Positions 56,779 to 64,000 of a stretch of 64,000 nucleotides of DNA are shown here, one piece after another. Each line of letters opens with the position of its first letter. Position 1 is the first letter of the stretch. The notes under the pieces are model-generated. The model saw nothing but the letters and a program-made list of their open reading frames with translations. It searched no databases and was not told where the DNA came from. Source of the stretch: an uncultured Gemmatimonadales bacterium (GTDB taxonomy: Bacteria; Gemmatimonadota; Gemmatimonadetes; Gemmatimonadales; GWC2-71-9); contig CAVUAK010000001.1 of assembly GCA_963739455.1 (NCBI GenBank), positions 224,001 through 288,000 of the forward strand, given 5' to 3'. The translations under genes and the position numbers were made by a program.

Positions 56779-58331
56779 CCGCACCCGCGTCGAGCTGGCG
56801 TGACAATCTCCGCGCCGACCTCCCCGCGTCCCTCGTCGTTTTCCTGGTGGCGCTCCCGCTCTGCCTCGGCGTGGCGCTCGCCTCCGGTGCACCGCTCGTC
56901 GCCGGCCTCATTGCCGGCGTCATCGGCGGCCTCGTCGTCGCACCGCTCAGCGGCTCGAACCTCATGGTCAGCGGCCCCGCCGCCGGCCTCACGGCCGTCG
57001 TCCTCTCCGCCATCGCCAAGCTCGGCGGCTTCGACGTCTTCCTCACGGCACTCGTCCTCGCCGGCGCCATGCAGCTCGGCTTCGGCCTGGCGAAGGCCGG
57101 CTTCATTGCGAAGTACTTCCCCTCGTCCGTCATCAAGGGAATGCTCGCCGCCATCGGCATCACCCTCGTCCTCAAGCAGGTCCCCCACGCCATGGGCTAC
57201 GACGCCGAGGCGATGGGCCTCGAGCAGTTCCAGGCGGTGGGGGACGAGAACACCTTCACCTCCATCCTCCATCTCGCGGGTCGCATCAATCCGACGGCGG
57301 TGGTCCTCTCCGTCGTGTCGCTGCTGATCCTCTTTCTCTGGGACAACCCGCGCTTCAAGGGGCTCAAGCGTGTTCCCGGCGCGCTGGTGGTGGTGCTGCT
57401 CGGCACCATCGGGAACGAGCTCCTCGTCCGCTTCTGGCCCGCGCGCCAGCTTTCGGGTGACGAGCTCGTGCAGGTGCCGGTGGGCGGCATTGCCGCCTAC
57501 GTCGGTGAGGTGACCCTGCCCCGGTGGGACGTGCTGCTGCAGCCGCAGGTGTGGGTCGTGGCCGCGACGATCGCCCTCGTCGCCAGCCTCGAGACGCTCC
57601 TGTCACTCGAGGCCACCGACAAGCTCGATCCGCTCAAGCGGCACTCCTCCGCCGATCGCGAGCTTCGCGCTCAGGGCATCGGCAACTTCCTCGCCGGCAT
57701 GGTGGGTGGCCTGCCGCTCACCGGCGTCATCGTGCGGAGCGCCGCCAACATCGAGTCGGGCGGCCGCACCCGTACCAGCGCCATCGCCCACTCGGTGTGG
57801 CTGCTGATCGCCATGCTGCTCATTCCCGGCGTCCTCAACCGCATGCCGCTCGCGGCACTCGCGGCCATCCTCATTCATGTCGGCTGGAAGCTGGCGCACC
57901 CGGCCCACCTGCTGAAGGCGTGGCGCATCGGTCGAGACCAGTTCATCCCGTTCACCGTCACCATCGTGGCGATCCTCTTCACCGATCTCCTGGTGGGCGT
58001 CATCATCGGCCTGCTGGTCGGCGCCTTCTTTATCCTGAAGGAACAGGCCGACGCACCTGGGCTCACCGTGCTGAGCCCGCCCGGCGCCGTCCTCACCCGC
58101 TACGCGCTTGGCCAGCAGGCCACGTTCCTTACCAAGGTGCGTATCGAGAAGACCCTCAACGCGCTCCCGGCCGGCTCGCGGGTGGAGATCGATGCCCGCG
58201 ATTGCCGCCGCATCGACCCCGACGTGCTGCAGCTGCTCCATGACTTTCGTTACACCGCGGCCGAGCGGAACATTGACTACCGCCTTGTCGCCGTGCCCGA
58301 CCTTGCCGTCATCGGCGCCACCTCACACTGA
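56775..58331 (+). CDS. SulP-family anion (bicarbonate/sulfate) transporter
   Basis: ASLVVFLVALPLCLGVALASG, SGPAAG and GGLPLTGVIVRS motifs, with a short STAS-like tail. Confidence 0.92.
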   Translation: MTAPASSWRDNLRADLPASLVVFLVALPLCLGVALASGAPLVAGLIAGVIGGLVVAPLSGSNLMVSGPAAGLTAVVLSAIAKLGGFDVFLTALVLAGAMQLGFGLAKAGFIAKYFPSSVIKGMLAAIGITLVLKQVPHAMGYDAEAMGLEQFQAVGDENTFTSILHLAGRINPTAVVLSVVSLLILFLWDNPRFKGLKRVPGALVVVLLGTIGNELLVRFWPARQLSGDELVQVPVGGIAAYVGEVTLPRWDVLLQPQVWVVAATIALVASLETLLSLEATDKLDPLKRHSSADRELRAQGIGNFLAGMVGGLPLTGVIVRSAANIESGGRTRTSAIAHSVWLLIAMLLIPGVLNRMPLAALAAILIHVGWKLAHPAHLLKAWRIGRDQFIPFTVTIVAILFTDLLVGVIIGLLVGAFFILKEQADAPGLTVLSPPGAVLTRYALGQQATFLTKVRIEKTLNALPAGSRVEIDARDCRRIDPDVLQLLHDFRYTAAERNIDYRLVAVPDLAVIGATSH

Positions 58332-58342
58332 TCGGAGCGCCC

Positions 58343-58977
58343 ATGGACGACGCTACCAGCGCCTCTTCGAGAACAACCGCCAGTGGGTTCGCGAGCGCCT
58401 CCAGGCCGACCCCGACTACTTCAAGCGGAACGCCAAGTCGCAGACCCCCGAGTTCCTGTTCATCGGCTGCTCCGACAGCCGCGTGCCGGCAAACGAGATC
58501 ACCGGCACGAACCCGGGCGAGATGTTCGTGCATCGCAACATCGCGAACCAGGTCTTTCCCAACGACATCAACGTCCTGTCGGTGCTCCAGTACGCGGTGG
58601 AAGTGCTCGACGTGAAGCACGTCATCGTCTGCGGGCACTACGAGTGCGGTGGCGTGAAGGCGGCGGCACAGAAGGCGGTGCACTACGGCCTGGTCGACAA
58701 CTGGCTCTCGGAAATCCGCACCATCGAGCGCCTGCACGGCCGCGAGCTCGAGGGCATGAAGGACGAGCATGCCCGCATCAACCGGCTCGGCGAACTCAAC
58801 GTCATCCACCAGGTCTACAACCTCACGCTGACCCCGGTGGTGCGGCAGGCCTGGGAGCGCGGCCAGCGCCCGGTGCTGCACGGATGGATCTACTCGCTGG
58901 AGAACGGCCTGCTCAAGGAACTGGTGCAGGGCGTCGACACCCCCGAAGAGGCCGATCGCCTCCTCCCCATGCTGTAA
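58343..58977 (+). CDS. can: Beta-class carbonic anhydrase (probable 1-nt deletion just after the start)
   Basis: IGCSDSRVP, HRNIAN, YAVEVL and CGHYECGG motifs. It follows SulP. Confidence 0.92.
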
Positions 58978-59000
58978 CCTGTTCCCTGTTCCCTGTTCCC
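58978..59000. repeat. (CCTGTTC)x3 heptamer array
   Basis: Starts immediately after the can stop codon. Confidence 0.85.
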
Positions 59001-59044
59001 GCTATTTTCCGGGTCGACACCCCCAATGACCTGAGGTTTAGCGA

Positions 59045-60136
59045 ATGAGCCCGGAGACTCGCCGAGCAGGAAACGCCCACGTCGACAGCGGTCGACTGGA
59101 ACGCCATGCTCGCCCCATATCGCCGTCCCGTCATGTGGAAGAGCCTCTTCCAGCTTGTAACGACGGCGGCGCTGCTCGCGGCCTTCTGGTTCGCGATGCT
59201 GTGGAGCCTCGACGTCGGCTACTGGCTCACCCTCCTGCTGGCCGTCCCTGCCGCCTGCATGGTCGTCCGCCTCTTCATGCTCCAGCACGACTGCGGACAC
59301 GGCGCCTTCTTCCGGTCCCAGAAGCTCAACAACGCGCGTCGGCACCGTCCTCGGCGTCTTCACGCTCGTTCCCGTACGACTACTGGCGTAAGACCCACGC
59401 GATTCATCACGCCACCTCGGGCAACCTCGACCTCCGCAGCCTGGGCGACATCGACACGCTCACGGTCAAGGAGTACCTGAGCCGCTCGAAGACGAAGCGC
59501 GTTCTCTATCGCCTCTATCGCCACCCCGCCGTCATGCTGCTCGTCGGCCCGGCGTGGCAGTTCATCCTGAAGCACCGCCTGCCGCTCGATATCCCGCGCG
59601 CCTGGAAGCGCGAGGCCATCAGCGTCCAGGTCACCAACCTCATGCTCGCCGCCCTGCTCGTGGTCATGTGCATGGTGGTCGGCGTGAAGGAATTCTTCAT
59701 GCTCCAGCTGCCGATCACCCTCATCGCGGGCTCGATCGGTGTCTACCTCTTCTACGTGCAGCACCAGTACGAGGACACCTACTGGCGCTACCGCGAGAGC
59801 TGGAACTACTTCGCCGCCGGCCTCGAGGGTGCGTCACATCTCGTCATGCCGAAGCCGCTCCAGTGGCTCACGGCCAACATCGGCTTGCACCACATTCACC
59901 ATGTGTCGAGCCGCATCCCGAACTACAACCTCCAGCGCTGCTACGACTCGCACCCCGAACTCCGGGACGTGACAAAGCTGACGCTCTGGCAGAGCGTGAA
60001 GACCCTCCGGCTGACGCTGTGGGATGAAGACGACCGCAAGCTGGTCGGGTTCCGGGAACTGCGCACCATCCGCCAGCGGCTCGGCTCACCGGTCCTCGCC
60101 ACCAAGCCCGAGGTCGTCCCAGCCACTTGGAGGTAG
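59045..60136 (+). CDS. Fatty acid desaturase (Des-like; compensating frameshifts 59055-59370)
   Basis: His boxes QHDCGH (59106 frame), HAIHH, YVQHQ and HHIHH, then IPNYNL. Confidence 0.88.
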   Translation: MSPETRRAGNAHVDSGRLERHARPISPSRHVEEPLPACNDGGAARGLLVRDAVEPRRRLLAHPPAGRPCRLHGRPPLHAPARLRTRRLLPVPEAQQRASAPSSASSRSFPYDYWRKTHAIHHATSGNLDLRSLGDIDTLTVKEYLSRSKTKRVLYRLYRHPAVMLLVGPAWQFILKHRLPLDIPRAWKREAISVQVTNLMLAALLVVMCMVVGVKEFFMLQLPITLIAGSIGVYLFYVQHQYEDTYWRYRESWNYFAAGLEGASHLVMPKPLQWLTANIGLHHIHHVSSRIPNYNLQRCYDSHPELRDVTKLTLWQSVKTLRLTLWDEDDRKLVGFRELRTIRQRLGSPVLATKPEVVPATWR

Positions 60137-60184
60137 GGAGGGCGGGGGAGGGCGGGGAGGGCGGGGAGGTAACTACAGGGCGGG
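60136..60184 (-). repeat. Nonamer-based element, inverted copy of the element at 63201-63281
   Basis: The reverse complement of 60151-60184 matches 63201-63234 at 32 of 34 positions. Confidence 0.85.
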
Positions 60185-60350
60185 TCGAATGGGGATGGCT
60201 CCCGAGGCACCGTTGCTCGGCGCGCCGCTATCGAAGACCGAGTGCCCGGACGGTCAAGGCAGCGCCGGCACGTGTGCCGACGGGGCCGCCCCAGAGACCC
60301 GCCGGTAGCGCCAACCTAAAACGTTCAAGCTCAAAATCTTAGCGAAACTC

Positions 60351-60386
60351 AGAACGCGGCCAGCCTTGGCCGCGTTCTTGCTTTCT
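60351..60386 (+). terminator. Perfect 12-bp hairpin, possible intrinsic terminator or operator
   Basis: AGAACGCGGCCA-GCCT-TGGCCGCGTTCT followed by TGCTTTCT. Confidence 0.5.
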
Positions 60387-60445
60387 GCTAGCCCGGATAT
60401 GCCTGTGACCAGCTTGCTGTTGCGGTCTGCAACTCCCGGAGCCCG

Positions 60446-63215
60446 ATGACCTCGTTGCGCCACGAAGACGCCTTCCGCCCTGCCGCTCCAGACCCGCTCG
60501 AACCAGGTCGGGATCGTAACCGCGCTCGCCGCGGTCTACGGCCTCGCCTACCTGGTCTTCGAGCGGGCTGGCGTTGGCAGCCAGGGCCTGCGCGATCTCC
60601 TCGGCAACGTCGCCTTCATGCCGCTCAACATCGCCGTCGCGGCCCTCAACTGGTTCGCCTCGCGCCAGACAGTCCTCGACACCGGCGTCCGCCGTGCCCT
60701 GCGCATCATGTGCTTCGGCGCGCTGAGCGTCTTTATCGGGAACTGCATCTCGGTCTGGTACCTGCTCGTCCTGCACTCGAAGCCCACGGCCTCACCCGCC
60801 GACTTCTTCTACCTCTCCGACAGCATCCTTCTCCTCGTCGGCCTGCTGATGTTCCCGCTCAGCCGCCGGATCCGCGTGGAGCGCTGGAAGCTCGTCCTCG
60901 ACGCCGCCATGGTGCTCGCCGGCGGCGTCGTGCTCGTCTGGTACTTCGCCATCCGGCCGTCGGCCGATGCCCAGGGTGACAGCACGACGCTCACCCTGCT
61001 GACCTACGCCTTCCCGCTCACCAGTCTCCTGTTGCTGCTCGGCGTCACCACCGTGCTGCTGCGCGGGCCGCTCGACAAGAACCGCGAGGCGTTCAGCTGC
61101 CTGGTGGGCGGCATCCTGGTCAGCATCGTCAGTGACCTCGCCTTCGACCTGGTGCTGCTCGAGACCGGTGAGCGGAGTGCCAGCTGGACCGATGGCGTCT
61201 ACCTGCTCTCCTATCTCCTCCTCATCGCCAGCGCCGAGCTCTACTGGAAGCGGCCGGTCGCGAGGGGATGGACCACCGCCGATCAGGAGCCCCGCGCCCA
61301 GGTCCTGAGCCCCCTGCCGTATCTCGCGGCGGCGGCGGTGTTCTGGCTCCTGTTCACTGATGGCGTGCACCCCTGGATCGACCCCCTGAGCGGGCTCGTG
61401 GCGGGCGCCACCGTGATCACGTTCCTCATGGTCATCCGGCAGGTGGTGGCAGTGCGCCAGAACGTGCGACTGCTCGAGGAAACCGCCGCCCGTCAGGGCG
61501 AGGCGCGCTTCCGCTCGCTGGTCCAGAACTCGTCCGACGTGATCATCCTCGTGAACACCGCGGCCAGCGTCACCTACGTCAGCCCGTCGGCGTCGCGCGT
61601 GCTGCGCTACGATCCCACCGCCCTCATGGATCGCTCGCTGCTTCACGCTCATCGATCCCGACGATCGCGCGCGCGCCGAGTCCTTCTTCCGCGAAGCGAC
61701 GACCTCCCGCGGCGTCAGTGCACCCACCGAGTTGCGCTTCCTGCAGCCCGAGGGTGCGCCGCTGCATGCCGAGGTGATCGCCACCAACCTTCTCGGCGAC
61801 CCGATCGTGAACGGCATCGTGCTCAACACCCGGGACATCTCCGAGCGGAAGCGCTTCGAGCAGCAGTTGCTGCACCAGGCCTTCCACGACCCGCTCACCG
61901 GCCTCGCCAACCGCGCGCTGTTCCGCGATCGCGTGGATCACGCCCTCAAGCTCGCGAAGCGGCAGCGGCACGCGATCACCGTGCTCTTCCTCGACCTCGA
62001 CGACTTCAAGAAGGTCAACGACAGCTTCGGGCACGGCGAGGGCGACAAGCTGCTGGTCGCTGGCCGCCGAGCGCTTCCGCTCCTGTGCCCGCGCCGCCGA
62101 CACCGTGGCCCGGCTGGGTGGCGACGAGTTCGCCATCCTGATCGAGGATTCCACCGGCCCCGAGGAACAGCAGGCCCTGATCGAGCGGCTCACCAGTTCC
62201 ATGGCGCAGCCGTTCATGCTGAGCGGCAACGAGGTGTTCGTCACCGCCAGCGTCGGCATCGCCGCCGCCGTCACCGGCGAGAGCGTGAGCGACGTGCTCC
62301 GCAACGCCGACACCGCCATGTACGCCGCCAAGCGCGCCGGCAAGGGCCGCTTCGAGGCCTACGCCTCGCAGATGTCCTCCGACGTGCGCCATCGCCTGGA
62401 GCTCGAGCGCGGCCCTGCGGCGCGCGCTCGAGAAGGGCGAGCTGGTGCTCCACTACCAGCCCATCGTCTCCCTGCACACCGGCAGCATGACCGGCGTCGA
62501 GGCCCTGGTGCGCTGGGAGCACCCGCAGTTCGGTCACCTGCTGCCCGGGCATTTCATCCCCATGGCGGAGGAGACGGGGCTCATTACCCGCGTTGGCAGC
62601 TGGGTGCTCCACGAGGCTTGCCGCCAGGTCGGGCGCTGGCGCCGGGAGCATCCTGCGTTGAACCTGACGGTGGCAGTGAACATCTCCGGGCGCGAGCTGC
62701 ACGAGCACAACATCGTGGAAGACGTGCGCATCGCCCTGGCCGAGACCCGCATCGATCCCAAGGCCCTGGTCCTCGAGATCACCGAGAGCGTGCTGATGCA
62801 GGAGACACCGATGGTGCTCGAGCGCCTGCAGCAGCTCAAGGCACTCGGCGTGCAGCTCGCCATCGACGACTTCGGCACCGGGTACTCGTCGCTGAGCTAC
62901 CTGCAGCGGTTCCCCATCGACATCCTCAAGATCGCCAAGCCGTTCATCGACGAAGTCGGCGGCGGCGGCGATCGATCTGCCCTTGCCCGCGCCATCATCG
63001 GCCTGGGCGACACCCTGAAGCTCCGCACCATCGCCGAGGGCATCGAGACACCCGCCCAGGTGGCAGCGCTCCTCGAGCTCGGCTGCAACATGGGCCAGGG
63101 CTATCACTTCTCCACGGCGCTTACCGCCACGCAGCTCGAGCACGCCCTCGCCGGCCGCACATTCCCCGCCCTACCCGCCTCACCCGCCCTCCCCGCCCTC
63201 CCCGCCCTGTTGTAA
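60446..63215 (+). CDS. Membrane PAS-GGDEF-EAL diguanylate cyclase/phosphodiesterase (frameshifts near 60470, 61645, 62060, 62410)
   Basis: Multi-TM N-terminus, RFRSLVQNSSD PAS, HDPLTGLANR, RLGGDEF, VEALVRW and DDFGTGYSSL. Confidence 0.88.
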
Positions 63216-63281
63216 CCTCCCCGCCCTCCCCGCCTTCCCCGCCCTGTTGTAACCTCCCCGCCCTCCCCGCCTTCCCCGCCC
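63163..63281. repeat. Nonamer array with two exact 37-bp copies
   Basis: TGTTGTAACCTCCCCGCCCTCCCCGCCTTCCCCGCCC occurs at 63208 and 63245. The upstream units encode PALPASPALPALPAL. Confidence 0.9.
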
Positions 63282-63300
63282 TGCAGTATCCTTGGGCGCC

Positions 63301-64000
63301 ATGCAGCGATCCGTTCCAGAACTGCTTTCCCCCGCCGGCACCCTCGACGCCGCGCGCGCTGCCCTCGCCAACGGGGCCAACGCCGTCTATCTCGGCGCTG
63401 AGCGCTTCAACGCCCGTGACGACGGTGCCCAGCTCACCATGGACGAGCTGGAACAGGCCTGCCTCCTGGCGCACGCCCGCGGCGCCCGCATCTACCTGAC
63501 GTTCAACGTGCTCATGAAGCCCGCGGAGCTGCGCGAGGCGCTGGTCCACCTGGGTGACTGCATCGACCGCGGCATCGACGCCGCGATCGTCCAGGACATT
63601 GGCGCCGTGCGGCTCATCCAGCAGGTCTACCCGGAACTCGAGATCCACGGTTCCACCCAGATGACGGTGCACGATGAGTCCGGTGCGCGGGTAGCGCAGG
63701 AACTGGGTATCGACCGCGTCGTGCTCGCCCGCGAGAACACCCTGGAGGACATCCAGGCCATTCGTCAGGCCGTTCCAGGCCTTGGCCTCGAGAGCTTCAT
63801 TCACGGCGCGCTGTGCATCGCCTACTCCGGGCAGTGCTACATGTCGGGCATGATCTCGGAGCGGAGTGCCAATCGCGGCGCCTGCGCCCAGTCCTGCCGC
63901 AAGGACTACGTGCTCACCGACACCGCCGACGGCGCCGAGCTCGATCGCGGTTACCTCATCTCGGCGAAGGACCTGTCGGCGGCAGAGCATCTCGAGGGCA
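63301..64000 (+). CDS. U32-family protein (RNA hydroxylation/peptidase U32), runs off the window
   Basis: PELLSPAG, GANAVYLG, FNAR, HGSTQM, RVVLARE and FIHGALCIAYSGQCYMS...SANRGACAQSCR motifs. Confidence 0.9.
   Translation, partial: MQRSVPELLSPAGTLDAARAALANGANAVYLGAERFNARDDGAQLTMDELEQACLLAHARGARIYLTFNVLMKPAELREALVHLGDCIDRGIDAAIVQDIGAVRLIQQVYPELEIHGSTQMTVHDESGARVAQELGIDRVVLARENTLEDIQAIRQAVPGLGLESFIHGALCIAYSGQCYMSGMISERSANRGACAQSCRKDYVLTDTADGAELDRGYLISAKDLSAAEHLEG

Noticed and set aside
60190..60440. c-di-GMP riboswitch upstream of the GGDEF-EAL gene
   Set aside because: I found no GEMM-I (GGCAAA...GAAA...GACGCAAAG) or class II consensus on either strand.
34817..63215. Split kinases, transporter, desaturase, carbonic anhydrase and GGDEF-EAL as true pseudogenes or programmed frameshifts
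   Set aside because: The breaks are single-base indels in unrelated genes with intact catalytic motifs and no slippery heptamers, which best fits assembly error.
153..63990. Long antisense or alternate-frame ORFs (e.g. 153-1337, 41429-42880, 44819-46360, 49383-50750, 63121-63990)
   Set aside because: These are shadow ORFs opposite well-supported genes, expected at this GC content, with no recognisable motifs.

Overview
GC-rich bacterial window, probably Gemmatimonadota. This is inferred from the expanded family of Ser/Thr kinases starting '[27 protein letters not shown]', not from a marker gene. Three blocks stand out. (1) From 4.6 to 11 kb, a probable phosphate-starvation module: a PlcP/LpxH-like phosphoesterase plus glycosyltransferase behind phased Pho-box-like repeats, then a PhoX-like phosphatase plus a di-heme peroxidase. 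(2) From 12 to 29.5 kb, a minus-strand, tightly coupled cluster: a TonB-dependent receptor and five surface lipoproteins that appear to carry five cohesin-like and two dockerin-like modules, FN3/PKD/Ig domains and beta-helix domains, plus a catalytically dead alpha/beta hydrolase and a zinc peptidase. This is the best candidate for an undescribed system, a non-cellulolytic cohesin-dockerin scaffold coupled to an outer-membrane transporter. (3) Seven Ser/Thr kinases with swappable C-terminal sensors. Six carry different, mostly in-frame insertions built from a genomic heptamer repeat at the same loop (DSG..LFY). Short 7-, 8- and 9-mer tandem repeats are scattered at gene ends and inside genes. 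Many single-base frameshifts outside 7-34.7 kb look like assembly indels. I found no CRISPR array, rRNA, tRNA, integrase or transposase. All domain calls come from motif recognition by eye; no searches were run.
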